Positions 48,867 to 59,468 of a stretch of DNA of 64,000 nt are shown here, one piece after another; position 1 is the first letter of the stretch, and each line of letters starts with the position of its first letter. The DNA comes from Acidobacteriota bacterium (GTDB lineage Bacteria; Acidobacteriota; UBA6911; RPQK01; JAJDTT01), in contig OZ242374.1 in NCBI GenBank assembly GCA_965209055.1, positions 4,768,001-4,832,000 of the forward strand, given 5' to 3'. The notes beneath the pieces are model-generated. The model saw only the letters and a program-made list of their open reading frames with translations. It was not told the origin of the DNA and did no database searches. The translations under genes and the position numbers were made by a program.

Positions 48867-49514
48867 ATGCCACCGTTAGTCAAATGGAGCCGGAGATCAG
48901 GAATCCTGATCGCGATGCCGGTCGGACGCATTGACGGAACCAACTATCTCGAATGCCAAAACATCCTGGAGTCCGGTATCGATCCCGAAGAGGGCGCCCT
49001 GATTCTGGATTTTGCACGATTGGGCTACATCAGCAGCGCGGGACTTCGCGTCTGCCTGGTCATTGCCAAGAAGTTCAACGAACCGGGAAAGGCCTTCGGC
49101 ATCTGCAACCTCTCCAGTTCGATCCGCGACATCGTCACCGTCAGCGGCTTTGATCAGATTATCCCGCTTCACGAATCTCAGGGGGCGGCAATCGAAGCCA
49201 TCACGGGGGTGACCGGCTTCGAAAGCGACCGGGCGGCAACTCAGGCGGCCAGCACCATCCCAACGAAGCGCTCGGTCAACTTCGATATCGTCGGAGAGAA
49301 CATCCGGGATATTGCCAATTTCACGATCGAAAAATACGAATACAAGAACGACCAAACACTCTCCCTCCAGGCGCGGGAGGCGGCGATCGCCGGAATTACG
49401 AATGCCCTGTGGCGGTTCGTCGACCGTTTGAGGACCCGGCGCCAAAAGATTCTTGAGGAGATGTTCAGCTCGGCTGAGAAGGCGTTGGACGAGGTCATCG
49501 CCAAGACGGACTAA
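48867..49514 (+). CDS. STAS-domain (anti-sigma antagonist-like) protein with C-terminal helical extension
   Basis: AAGGAG RBS; GRIDG, LILDFARLGYISSAGLRV, IVTVSGFDQII; about 100 extra C-terminal residues. Confidence 0.85.
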   Translation: MPPLVKWSRRSGILIAMPVGRIDGTNYLECQNILESGIDPEEGALILDFARLGYISSAGLRVCLVIAKKFNEPGKAFGICNLSSSIRDIVTVSGFDQIIPLHESQGAAIEAITGVTGFESDRAATQAASTIPTKRSVNFDIVGENIRDIANFTIEKYEYKNDQTLSLQAREAAIAGITNALWRFVDRLRTRRQKILEEMFSSAEKALDEVIAKTD

Positions 49515-49579
49515 CGGCAACGCTGCCGGTCGCGCCGAAGTGAATTGAAAAGGCGCGGAACGGCGTTTGCGGCAACAGA

Positions 49580-52084
49580 TCACGCATCGGGTTTGCGAAT
49601 TCCGCTACGGGTAAGAAAGTCCCGGTATCCCGAGAATGCAGCGTTGACCTCCTCGGACGTCAAGCCGTAGTCCGCCAGATCGTAGCGGTGTTTCGGCTGC
49701 TTGCGGCGATGCTGCGCTTGCTGGAACAGCCAATCGTCCATGGTGTTCAGGACCGACCGTTTGAGCGGCCAGTTGAACCGTTCGTAGATGCTGTGCACCA
49801 CGGCCAGCGGATCCTCCACCAGATCGACGTAGTTCACGTCCATCCAGCGATGTTCCAGTTCGGGATGGGCTTCCCGGAAATTCACGCCCCTTTCCATCAT
49901 TCCGCTCATAAATGCCAATAACTCCGGACCGAGGCTTTCCCGCGGCTGCGGATGGACGGATAGTGAGCGGGCCTTTTCCACAAAGCTGCTCCAGGACCCC
50001 ATGAACTGGCTGGGGCTTCTATGCGTCTGGATGAACAGGGCGTCCGGATAGGTCTCGACCAGGGTCTCCAGCTCCATGAGGTGAAAGGGCATCTTGAACA
50101 ACCATTGGCCGTGGTGGCCAGGCTGTCGTTGGCGACGCTGCCAATTGTAGTGCTGCATGATTCGGTGGTGGTGGGCATAGGCGTGCCGCGAACCGGTGGC
50201 GGCCAGCCACCGGCCGAATTCGGGAATATGAAATCGAACGGTGGAGGTCCATGCGCCGAAGGCCATGTTCAAGATCGGGAAGTCCTCTGCCGGTTCGTCG
50301 ACGTCGAAGTCGTGAACCCCTTTGAAGACTTCGACCACCCGGGACGATTCGAGCATTTCCTCGACCCGCGCCCGGCGGGGGTCGTCCCCTGTACCCCCGA
50401 TCGTGGCGTATTCCTCCTTTGACAAGACCGGCTCGGCGTACTCATAGCCCCGCAACGACCAGAATCTCGGGTCCCGGGCCATGAGGCGATGCAGGTAGGT
50501 GGTGCCGGTTCGGTTGATCCCGACGATGAACACCGGTCGCGTGATCCCCTCCCTTTCGATTTCCGGGTACTGCATCCGTTCCCGGGCAAACGCGGCGTTG
50601 TTTCGCAAGAGACGGCCGAAGTCGAAGACCAGCCCGGGAAGCTTGTCCTCCAGCAGTCTGACCTCGGAAGTTCGCACAGCGCGTACCAATTGCTCCAGGT
50701 TTCGACACATCCAGGGGGGATACGCCTGATCGAAAGAGACTCCGTTGTCCTCGGCGTAGCGCTCCGCCCGTGAGATCAGGCCGTCGAAGTCCAGGCGGCC
50801 CTGTGAAATGGGATGGGGCCATTGCCGTTGGTGGTCCATGACCCACTGGTAGGAGTGCCGAAGCTTGGTCATCACCCCCGGCCATTGGATCCGGTGCGGA
50901 CAGTCCTCCCGGAGCGCACGGTCCGAAATGGGCAACCTGTGCTGCGGTTTGTCCTGGCTGAACCAATACTTCGCAAAATGATCGAGCACCGCCCATTGTC
51001 CGTGCAGGGCCGAGTTCTCCATGGCCTGGCAGGCGCGCTTGAACGACTCGTAGGACACCTCCGGCAGATAGGTCCCGAAATCGGCGAATTCGAGGTCGTA
51101 ATAATCCAGTTGGGGGTTGCAGCAATGGTAGATGGTGAAACGCCGTTCGGGATTCAAGGAGATGGCGGTGCAGGCCCGGCTCAGCGTATCGACCGCCTCA
51201 TGGCCGGATCGAAAGGTGAGTCCTTTCGGTATGGTTTCGGCCTGCAGCGCGGCAGCAAATATCTTCACCGCCAGGTCGTTGGCCCGGACGAAACCGGTAC
51301 CGGAGATATTGACATGCGGCAGCCGGAATATCGCCAACGGCAATCCGGCCTGCTGCGCAAACAGAAGGACCTGCTCGGATGCCAGCTTGCTCCATGAATA
51401 GCCCAAAAACCCAATCGGAAACTCTCGCTTCATCATGTCGAGATCCGGTTGCGCCTGGTGGCCGATGGGGCTGTCTTTGAATTCGCGTGCGAAGGAATAG
51501 AAATACTGCGGAAACACGCCCATGGTCGAGGCATGGAACAGGTGCTTGAAGCGCCTGCGCAGACAGAGTTCCATCAGATTGCCGACACTGAGCGTATTGA
51601 GTTCCCGGATCGCCATGTATGAGGAAGAGAGATTGATATCGGCCGCAAGATGATAGACGGCGTCGATCCGCCGGCAATAGCCATCGAAATCCGCTTGGCT
51701 CAGACCGAATCGGACTTGGCCCATGTCTCCGGCCACCGCGCGAATCCGTGGAGCGAACGTGTCCTCCCAGAGGTCCGCCTCTTGCAGGGCGGTGCGCAGG
51801 CGCTCGAATCCATGCTCTTCACTGTCGGCCCGGACCAGGCAGTGCACGACCAGACGGAGATTCTGTTGCAGGAGGTCGCGCAGAAAGAACCGGCCGATGA
51901 AGCCGGTCGCGCCCGTCAGCAAGACCTCTCGGAAATCGGCCGGGGACACCGGGTCGGCCGGCGGCTCCTGTCTGATCGCGGCGCGGATGGACCGGCGCAT
52001 GATCTCGACGTCCATCTGACACTGCGGCGGCAGCGTCCCGACGAGCGGCGGCACTTTGGTGTCGGGCGAGGAGAATTCAGTCAT
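49580..52084 (-). CDS. swfB: SwfB-like fusion of thioester reductase (R) and sulfotransferase
   Basis: VLLTGATGFIG, VYHLAA, GYSWSK (YxxxK) R domain; PVFIVGINRTGTTYLHRL (5'-PAPS loop), WLFKMPFH, FIQTHRSP, YVDLVEDP sulfotransferase. Confidence 0.85.
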   Translation of the reverse strand: MTEFSSPDTKVPPLVGTLPPQCQMDVEIMRRSIRAAIRQEPPADPVSPADFREVLLTGATGFIGRFFLRDLLQQNLRLVVHCLVRADSEEHGFERLRTALQEADLWEDTFAPRIRAVAGDMGQVRFGLSQADFDGYCRRIDAVYHLAADINLSSSYMAIRELNTLSVGNLMELCLRRRFKHLFHASTMGVFPQYFYSFAREFKDSPIGHQAQPDLDMMKREFPIGFLGYSWSKLASEQVLLFAQQAGLPLAIFRLPHVNISGTGFVRANDLAVKIFAAALQAETIPKGLTFRSGHEAVDTLSRACTAISLNPERRFTIYHCCNPQLDYYDLEFADFGTYLPEVSYESFKRACQAMENSALHGQWAVLDHFAKYWFSQDKPQHRLPISDRALREDCPHRIQWPGVMTKLRHSYQWVMDHQRQWPHPISQGRLDFDGLISRAERYAEDNGVSFDQAYPPWMCRNLEQLVRAVRTSEVRLLEDKLPGLVFDFGRLLRNNAAFARERMQYPEIEREGITRPVFIVGINRTGTTYLHRLMARDPRFWSLRGYEYAEPVLSKEEYATIGGTGDDPRRARVEEMLESSRVVEVFKGVHDFDVDEPAEDFPILNMAFGAWTSTVRFHIPEFGRWLAATGSRHAYAHHHRIMQHYNWQRRQRQPGHHGQWLFKMPFHLMELETLVETYPDALFIQTHRSPSQFMGSWSSFVEKARSLSVHPQPRESLGPELLAFMSGMMERGVNFREAHPELEHRWMDVNYVDLVEDPLAVVHSIYERFNWPLKRSVLNTMDDWLFQQAQHRRKQPKHRYDLADYGLTSEEVNAAFSGYRDFLTRSGIRKPDA

Positions 52085-52129
52085 GTCCTGTTCCTCAAGT
52101 GGTGTGGATTCCGAACCGGCCTGTCGGCT

Positions 52130-55100
52130 TCAGCGAGTTGCGAGTTCCGCCGAGGAGCCCGGTTCGACGCCGGGACCCTGCGGGAAGTGGTCTTCGGGCC
52201 GGTTGGCGAAAGCCGAGGGCGCACGGCGGACCTGCTGCCCGGCAGCGCGGACGGCATCGTCGCGTCCGGCCGCTGCCGTTCCGGTCTCGTCCTCCTCGAC
52301 ATCCTGCTTTCCATGGATGATGTCCTGGGCCAGCGAGAGGGAGGAGGCGGTGGTCATCAGTTCCAACGCGCTGACCTGATAGTTGAACTGCATCCGGATA
52401 AACGCTCCCAGCTCGGCGACTGAGATGGAGGTCAGGCCGAAGCTGGACAACGTTTCTTCCGGACCGCCCTCGTCGTGGCCGCACAATTCGGCCACCTTGC
52501 CCGCGATCTGCGTCACGACGGTGTCGAGCGTAAGTTGGCCGCCCACATCCACCGAGAATGCGTCCGGGTTGCTGAGCAACCGTCCGGTGCGCATGTAGTC
52601 GGGCGAGTCGACCGTCATTGGCGGACGGGAGAAGACGGCGGTGATGAGGTGATCCCGGTCTGCCGTACTGCGCATGGCGTAGTCCAGATTGCTGACGGAG
52701 AAATCGGCGCTGACCGGCGGCATGCCCGACGACCGCGTGAGGCGCAGGACTTGCAGATTGCGCGAAGCCATGCCCGCCTCGGCGACCGCGGCCAGGTTGT
52801 AGCTGAGCGCGGGCCGCCCTTCGCGGCGGCGGAAGGCGGCCAAGCCGTCCAGGAACCCATTGGCGGCGCTATAGTTGATCTGTCCCGGGTTGCCGAAGGT
52901 CGAGGCGACGGAGGAGAACAGCACGAAGTGGTCCAGGGGGCAGTCGGCTGTCGCGTTGTGGAGATTGAGGGCGCCGCGCGCTTTCGGCGCGAATACCTTG
53001 GCCAGCGACTCGGGCGTGAGGTCGGCCAACAGGCAGTCGTCCAACGCGCCCGCGAGGTGGAACACGCCCTTGAGCGGTCGATCCAACTCGTCCACACACC
53101 GCCGGACGTCCGCCTCGCGGGCGACGTTTCCCGGGACGATTTCGATCTCCATCTCCTCGGTGAGGTACCACAAGGCGCTGGTCTTCCGGACCCAGTCGGC
53201 GGTGCGCCGGCGCTGCGGGTCGCGGTCCATCAGGGTGACGTGGCGTGCTCCGGCGGCCGCCAGATATGGCAGCAACAGCCGGCCGAATCCGCCAAGCGCG
53301 CCTGAGACCAGATAGGTTGCTTCCGGGTCGAGATACGGGCGCAGATCGACGATGGGGAAACGTTCGGCACCGGGCTCCGGCGGAGCTTTCAGGACCAGTT
53401 TCCCCGTGTGCCGGCCGGTGGTCATCAGGCGCAGCGCCTGGGCATAGTCGCCATATTCGAAGCACGTGACCGGCAAGGGCGGCACGGCCCCCTGATCCAG
53501 CAGATTCACGCACTCCTGGGAAAGCTCGCGCGCCAACTCCGGGTCGTCGTTCATCAGGCGGTCGATGTCGATGGCCGCGAAGCGCAGGTTCTTGCGGAAG
53601 ACGCTCAGGCTGAGGGCGTTGTCGGCATAGATGTCCACCTTGCCGATCTCGCAGTGCCATCCACCCGGCCGCAAAGCCTCCAGGCAGAGGGCGATGTGAC
53701 GTCCGGACAGGGAGTTCAGGACCACGTCCACTCCCTCGCCGCCCGTGGCCTCCATAACCCCTTCGTACCAGTCGAAACTGTGGGAATCGAATGCCGCCCG
53801 CACGCCCATCCCGCGCAGTTGTTCGCGTTTGCCCTCGCTTCCGGCCGTGGCGTAGATCTCCGCCCCCGCGTGCTTCGCCAGGGCGATCGCCGCCTGGCCG
53901 ACGCCGCCCATGGCGGAGTGGATCAGCACGCGCCGGCCCTTTCGCAGGCGTGCGAGATACACCAGGGAATAGTAGGCGGTGACGTAAACCGAAAGCACCG
54001 AAGCGGCCTCCTCCATGCTCAGAGACGGAGGTTTGACGAACACCAGGTAGTCCTTGACCACGGCTCGATTGGTGATGCAGCCGCCCTGGGTAAAGGCCAC
54101 GGCATCGCCGACCCTGCAGGTGCGCACGGCGGGGCCGACGCGGCGCACGACACCGCTCGCCTCAATCCCCACCGAGCGTCCCAGGGCCGATCGCTCGTAG
54201 GAGAGTGCCGGAAGCAACCCCAGCGTCACCATGACGTCGCGGAAGTTGAGCGCCGCCGCCGCCACGTCGACCTCCACGTCGTACGGCCCCAGCGGGACCG
54301 GTTCACAGGTCTTCATCTGCAGACCGCCGATCTGGCCTGGATTGTCCAGGGTCAGCCGGTATGTCGCGTTCTCGCCTGCCGGCACCAGAGAAGACCGCTC
54401 CCGAACGTGGATCAGGCGCGGCGCCCACACCCGGTTGCCACGTACCGCCAACTCGCGCTCGCGCAGGTCGCACTCGTCGAGCCAGGCCAGCGTCTTCAGA
54501 TCCTCGGCGGCGCCCAGATCCACCAGCCGAAAATCGATGGCGGCTTCCGCGCCCACGTCCGCGGCGATCTCCTGGCTGATGCTGCGAAGCGCTCCCCACA
54601 CGGCGCCTGCACGCGGTTCCGTCACGTCCAATACGGCGCGGCGGGTCACCACGGTCAGGCGGCAGGGGCGGCGAGCGTGGTCCACGCGGAAGGGGATCAA
54701 CGCCTTGACGAAGGAGACCAGGTGCGCCACCAACTGCTGTCCGGTCGGGTCTTCCGGATCGGCGCCGCAGATGATGTCGATCGCTTCCAGGTCGGCCGCG
54801 CCAGGCCAGTCGGCGAGGGCGCCGACGCGGCCGGCCTCCAATTCCGAGTATGAAATGGGGACCGCCTGAGACCCATCGAGGAAACCCAACCATTCGGCCG
54901 CCAGGCTGTCCGGTTCGCCGATGATCCAACGCGGCCCGGAGAGCCGGCGCGGTTCGGGCGGGTTTGCGTCCAGGTCCGGCGCCTGCAGCAGTGTCGTCCT
55001 CCGGCCGGCCCGCACCGTGGTCCAGCCAGCGTCCGGCTCAATCGACAATCCGTTGCCGTGGACCACCAGCGCCAAGCCGCCGGGAACCGCCAATCGGCGC

Positions 55101-58100
55101 AGCCGGCGCCATTGTTCCGGTCCGAACGTCGCAGCGTCATCATGGAGCATCAGGAGCTCGGCGGCATGCGGCCGCATCAGGCCGGCGTCCAACTCCGGCG
55201 CCTTGTCTGATGCGAGATCGAGGCGGGCGAAGCGCAGGGCGGAATCCTGGCCATGAAACGCGTCGTAGTGGGCATGGACCTGCTCCTTCGTGGCGCCCAC
55301 CAGCCAGTACTCGGTTTGAGCGTTGTCGCCGGCCATGTAGTCGAGACATTGTTTGAGGATGGCCTGCTCCGGGGTCCGCCCGCCCGCGACCTCCATGACG
55401 TGGCAAGCGCGGGGGGCGCCGGCAGGCTGCTCCAGGGCGGCGATCAGCGACGCGGGCTCGATTTCGCCGCCCGGCGGGACGTTCAACCAAGACTGCGCTT
55501 CTTCCACGAACTTGGGCTGCCACGAGACGATGTGCTTGCTGCGGGGCAGGTCATTCCAGCGCGGGTTGGAGTTGAACGAGACGTACGCGTCGATAAACGC
55601 AACCAGGTCTCCGGTGTCTCCGTCGTAGAATCGGATGCTGCCCCCGGATCGCTCGCCGCGCCGTTCCGTGAACTGCCCCAGTTCGTTCACGTCCGCCCAG
55701 TCTTTCTCCTTCTTCACATAACAGGTCAAACGCGGACCGGTCGGCGGACGCAGGAACGTCACTCCTTGAGCGCGCCGCGGCATGGCGAAGATGTCCGTCG
55801 CGCGGAGCAAATGATAGAGAAAGATTTGAAGTCCTCCGTCGAGCAGCGCCGGGTTCGCGACATACCCTTCCTGGCGGCCGGTCGTCCATAACTGCTCATC
55901 CATTTCGACGTCGAACAGGTAGTCGGCCGAATTGCCCTCCCACAGAACACGTTTGATGTTCCGGAAGTACGGACCGTACTGGAAGGTCTCGCCGAGGCTG
56001 GCGTCGATGCGCTCGTAGAAATCGCTCTCGCCCACGAAGTAGTAGGGCTCGAAACCGGTCGTATCGATATCCGCCAGGCGCAACGGAACGTTCACTGGGA
56101 ACTCGCTGTCCACCAGGCGCAACTTTCCGCGGGAGTGCATTTCACTTTGCGCGTCGATTTCGTAGGAACGGGACGAGATGGTGAAGGTGAATTCCTCCGG
56201 CGCATTGGCCACCGGAAGGAGTTCCGTGTGCAGCCTCACCGGCGTCTTACCGATGGGACACGGCTGCAGGAATTCCAGCGTTTCCACGTGCAACGGATGC
56301 CCACCGAACGCCTGCAGGAGCAGTTCGATGTAGCCGGCTGCCGGCATGATCGAAGCATGGTGCACCCGATGCTCCGCCAACCAGGGAAAGTCCCGCTCCG
56401 AGAGCCGGGCTTCGAACAGGAGATGTTCGCACGGCACCCGATGGCCGATCAGTGGACCGTGGGCATACTCGCCCAGATCGAGGAACATTTCATCGTCGCT
56501 CATCTCGTCGGATGCCCCCTGATCGTCGCGGGGATACCCTGGCAGCAGGTGGGCGATCGGCTCGGGGCGAGGGAATTGGACGGCGAAGTCCAGGTCCACG
56601 CCGGCCCGGAACAGGGCTCCGAGAGCTTCCTGAAATCCGAGGCGGACGTCGGTGTCGCGAATCAGCGTCGGAATGCAGGCCGGCCCCTCGGCATTGCCTT
56701 CCAGGCACTGCACGATGGTGGGCTGCAAGGCGCTGTGCGGTGCGACTTCCAGAAAGACATCGGGCCGGTGATTCCGCACCATGGTCTCCATCGCCGCCGC
56801 GAACCTTACGGGCCGCCGTATGTTCGACCACCAGTAGTCGTTGTCCAGCTTCTTTGCCTCGACGCCGGTCACTGAGGACACCATGGGCAGGTCAGAGTCG
56901 AACGCGCTGTCGTTCAGGAAGGTCAGAGCCGAGAGTGCGTCCTCGTGGATCGGCTCCATGGCGCTGGAATGAAATGCGATGTTGCCCGGAATCAGGCGAT
57001 TCTGCAGGTGGCGGCGGTCCAACTCTTCCATGATGGGGCGCAAAATGGCCTCCTTGCCGCAGATGACCGTGCTGGCCGGTGCGTTCTCGCAAGCGATCTC
57101 TACGTGCGCCGCCCCAGCTGCCCCGGGCTGCAAGGCCACACGCAAGGTCTCGAGCAGTTCCTCGACGCCCGGCCGATCCAGACCGATGGCCAGCATGCGG
57201 CCCGACCCGGCCGTGCGCTGCTGCAACCTGGCGCGATGGAACACAAGGCGCGTCGCCTCCGCCAAAGACAGCGCCCCGCAGGCATAGGCCGCAGCCACCT
57301 CGCCGGAGCTGTGTCCGACCACACAGTCGGGGTAGACGCCCCAGGTCTTGAACAGTTCCACCAACGCGCACTGAAGCATGAATATGGCGGGCTGGGCCAA
57401 CTGGACTTCGTTGAGTGCTTCTTGCGGAGCGGAGAAACAGGCGTCGCGCAACGAGATATCGGAGTGTTCCCGCCAGTGTTCCTCGATGGCATCGATGACG
57501 CGGCGAAAAACAGGGTCGGACTCGTACAGCGCGCGGCCGCAACCCGCCCACTGTGTCCCCTGACCGGAGAACACCATGGCGATTCGGCGCTCTCCGTCGT
57601 CGACCGTGCTGATGGGAACGGGATCACTCTCAAAGCCCTTCAATGCCTCGATCAATTCCTTCCGGGTGCGTGCCGCAAATGAGGTTCGCGCGGCAAAATG
57701 GGTGCGGCGGCGGCTGAGATTGCCTGCCAGGGTATACAGGTCCATCTCCCGATCGTCGAGCGCTTCCCGCAGCTTGCGCGCGCTCTGTTTCAGCGCCCCC
57801 GGCGTCCGCGCCGACAGGGGGATCATGAAACCTGCTTCCCGCGCCAGCGGCACCGACCAGATGGGACGGTGCTCGGGCCGGTATTCCCGGACCACGCAGT
57901 GCCCGTTGGAACCGCCAAAACCGAACGAGTTGATACCGACCACCACCGGGTGGTCGGGAAACGGTTCGCAGCCGGTCTGCACCTGCATCGGACAACTGTT
58001 GAAGTCGATCTCCGGATTCGGGACCAGGTAGTTTTTCGACACTGGCGCGAAGGTCCGGCGCCGCATCATCAAAACGACCTTGAGCAGGGCGCACGTGAAA

Positions 58101-59194
58101 GCCGCCGCTTCCATGTGCCCCACGTTGCTCTTCACGCTTGCAACCCGCAGCGGCGCCTTGCGCCCGCCGCCGAACGCTTCGCCGATGGCGTTGCCTTCGA
58201 TGCGGTCGCCCACCACGGTGCCGGTGGCGTGGGCTTCGATATAGTCGAACTCCCGCGGTGCGCGGCCCGCGCGGGCGCACGCAGTGCGCATCAACTCCAC
58301 CTGCGCATGCCGGGTGGGTGCGGTAATGTACCGCCCCGCCGCCAGGCCGACGGCGCCATCGGCTGCGCCGGCCGCATTGATCGCTGTCGACTCCACCACG
58401 GCGTGGATGGGGTCCCCGTCCCGTTCGGCCGCCGCCAAGGGTTTGACGGCGAAGACGAACGCGCCTTCCGAGCGCATGTATCCGTTGGCTTCCGCGTCGA
58501 AGGAGTGGCATCTCCCGTCCGGACTGATGACGCCCAAGGCATTGAACCCGGTGCTGAGGCGAGCGGACCCCAGGTAGTTGGCCGACCCGACGAAGGCTTG
58601 TTCGCAGTCGCCGGAGCGGAGCGCGTTCAACGCCGTGTGCAATGCGGTCAAGCTGGCGGAGCAAGCGGTGCAACAAGCGAGCGACGGCCCCATCAGGTTG
58701 AAGTGATAGGAGATGCGATTGGCCAGCATGGCCACGCTGATGCTGGCGATGGAGAACTCGGTTGCACCGAGCGGCCTGCGCCAGTTGGAGGTGGCCGGCA
58801 CCTGTGCGCCGACGAACACGCCGGTGCGGCTGTTGTGCAACGACTGCAAGTCCCATCCCGCTTGCTCGCAGGTCTCCCAGGTGCACGTCAACAGCATCCG
58901 CACGTGCGGGTCGGCGGACAGCATTTCGTGGTGCGACATTCCGAAAAGGCTGCGATCGAAGAGCTTCTCCCCTTCCTCGCGGATCAGCCCTTCGTATGCG
59001 CTGGCAAACCGGCCCGGCCCGGAGAACTCTCCGATGGGCCGGTAGCCCCTTCCGTAACGCTCGGTGATGGGTTCCCGAACGATCTCGCGTTCGCTGAGCA
59101 AGCTCCAGAAGTCGTCGTCGGTCCGGATTCCACCCGGCATGCGGTAGGCGTAACCGACGATGGCAACGGCGTCTTCGGGACTATGGGAACTCAT
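52130..59194 (-). CDS. swfA: SwfA-like single-module type I PKS/FAS (KS-AT-DH-pseudoMT-ER-KR-ACP)
   Basis: KS TACSAS/EAHATGT/KSNVGH; AT GQGTQW, GHSSGE, IAFHS; DH HRVHHASIMP, LLDGGLQ; ER IHSAMGGVG; KR GALGGFG, LDD, NYSAAN; ACP FGLTSI; no TE. Confidence 0.9.
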   Translation of the reverse strand: MSSHSPEDAVAIVGYAYRMPGGIRTDDDFWSLLSEREIVREPITERYGRGYRPIGEFSGPGRFASAYEGLIREEGEKLFDRSLFGMSHHEMLSADPHVRMLLTCTWETCEQAGWDLQSLHNSRTGVFVGAQVPATSNWRRPLGATEFSIASISVAMLANRISYHFNLMGPSLACCTACSASLTALHTALNALRSGDCEQAFVGSANYLGSARLSTGFNALGVISPDGRCHSFDAEANGYMRSEGAFVFAVKPLAAAERDGDPIHAVVESTAINAAGAADGAVGLAAGRYITAPTRHAQVELMRTACARAGRAPREFDYIEAHATGTVVGDRIEGNAIGEAFGGGRKAPLRVASVKSNVGHMEAAAFTCALLKVVLMMRRRTFAPVSKNYLVPNPEIDFNSCPMQVQTGCEPFPDHPVVVGINSFGFGGSNGHCVVREYRPEHRPIWSVPLAREAGFMIPLSARTPGALKQSARKLREALDDREMDLYTLAGNLSRRRTHFAARTSFAARTRKELIEALKGFESDPVPISTVDDGERRIAMVFSGQGTQWAGCGRALYESDPVFRRVIDAIEEHWREHSDISLRDACFSAPQEALNEVQLAQPAIFMLQCALVELFKTWGVYPDCVVGHSSGEVAAAYACGALSLAEATRLVFHRARLQQRTAGSGRMLAIGLDRPGVEELLETLRVALQPGAAGAAHVEIACENAPASTVICGKEAILRPIMEELDRRHLQNRLIPGNIAFHSSAMEPIHEDALSALTFLNDSAFDSDLPMVSSVTGVEAKKLDNDYWWSNIRRPVRFAAAMETMVRNHRPDVFLEVAPHSALQPTIVQCLEGNAEGPACIPTLIRDTDVRLGFQEALGALFRAGVDLDFAVQFPRPEPIAHLLPGYPRDDQGASDEMSDDEMFLDLGEYAHGPLIGHRVPCEHLLFEARLSERDFPWLAEHRVHHASIMPAAGYIELLLQAFGGHPLHVETLEFLQPCPIGKTPVRLHTELLPVANAPEEFTFTISSRSYEIDAQSEMHSRGKLRLVDSEFPVNVPLRLADIDTTGFEPYYFVGESDFYERIDASLGETFQYGPYFRNIKRVLWEGNSADYLFDVEMDEQLWTTGRQEGYVANPALLDGGLQIFLYHLLRATDIFAMPRRAQGVTFLRPPTGPRLTCYVKKEKDWADVNELGQFTERRGERSGGSIRFYDGDTGDLVAFIDAYVSFNSNPRWNDLPRSKHIVSWQPKFVEEAQSWLNVPPGGEIEPASLIAALEQPAGAPRACHVMEVAGGRTPEQAILKQCLDYMAGDNAQTEYWLVGATKEQVHAHYDAFHGQDSALRFARLDLASDKAPELDAGLMRPHAAELLMLHDDAATFGPEQWRRLRRLAVPGGLALVVHGNGLSIEPDAGWTTVRAGRRTTLLQAPDLDANPPEPRRLSGPRWIIGEPDSLAAEWLGFLDGSQAVPISYSELEAGRVGALADWPGAADLEAIDIICGADPEDPTGQQLVAHLVSFVKALIPFRVDHARRPCRLTVVTRRAVLDVTEPRAGAVWGALRSISQEIAADVGAEAAIDFRLVDLGAAEDLKTLAWLDECDLRERELAVRGNRVWAPRLIHVRERSSLVPAGENATYRLTLDNPGQIGGLQMKTCEPVPLGPYDVEVDVAAAALNFRDVMVTLGLLPALSYERSALGRSVGIEASGVVRRVGPAVRTCRVGDAVAFTQGGCITNRAVVKDYLVFVKPPSLSMEEAASVLSVYVTAYYSLVYLARLRKGRRVLIHSAMGGVGQAAIALAKHAGAEIYATAGSEGKREQLRGMGVRAAFDSHSFDWYEGVMEATGGEGVDVVLNSLSGRHIALCLEALRPGGWHCEIGKVDIYADNALSLSVFRKNLRFAAIDIDRLMNDDPELARELSQECVNLLDQGAVPPLPVTCFEYGDYAQALRLMTTGRHTGKLVLKAPPEPGAERFPIVDLRPYLDPEATYLVSGALGGFGRLLLPYLAAAGARHVTLMDRDPQRRRTADWVRKTSALWYLTEEMEIEIVPGNVAREADVRRCVDELDRPLKGVFHLAGALDDCLLADLTPESLAKVFAPKARGALNLHNATADCPLDHFVLFSSVASTFGNPGQINYSAANGFLDGLAAFRRREGRPALSYNLAAVAEAGMASRNLQVLRLTRSSGMPPVSADFSVSNLDYAMRSTADRDHLITAVFSRPPMTVDSPDYMRTGRLLSNPDAFSVDVGGQLTLDTVVTQIAGKVAELCGHDEGGPEETLSSFGLTSISVAELGAFIRMQFNYQVSALELMTTASSLSLAQDIIHGKQDVEEDETGTAAAGRDDAVRAAGQQVRRAPSAFANRPEDHFPQGPGVEPGSSAELATR

Positions 59195-59468
59195 GTTTCT
59201 CTCCGGTCATCGTCTCGCGACTTCAATCGCTGAGGGAAATGGCTCAAGGATCTGAGCGGGAGTCCGACCCGGCGCGACGGCCCGACCGCGTCACCTGGAA
59301 AACAGGAGAATACCGCCGTATTGGCGACGGCGATAGGAACACATCGAAATGCAATCCCCGTCAATCGTTACGAGCAAACCACTCCCATGATACCGATGCT
59401 CGCCCCGTCCTCACAACAAACCCTCCCAGGTTGCACCGCCGATACCAGCACGATTGGGCGCGGCACAC

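Noticed and set aside
52130-59194. SupA-type sponge PKS assignment
   Set aside because: No intact methyltransferase and no extra KS-AT after the ACP; the R-sulfotransferase neighbour fits swf instead
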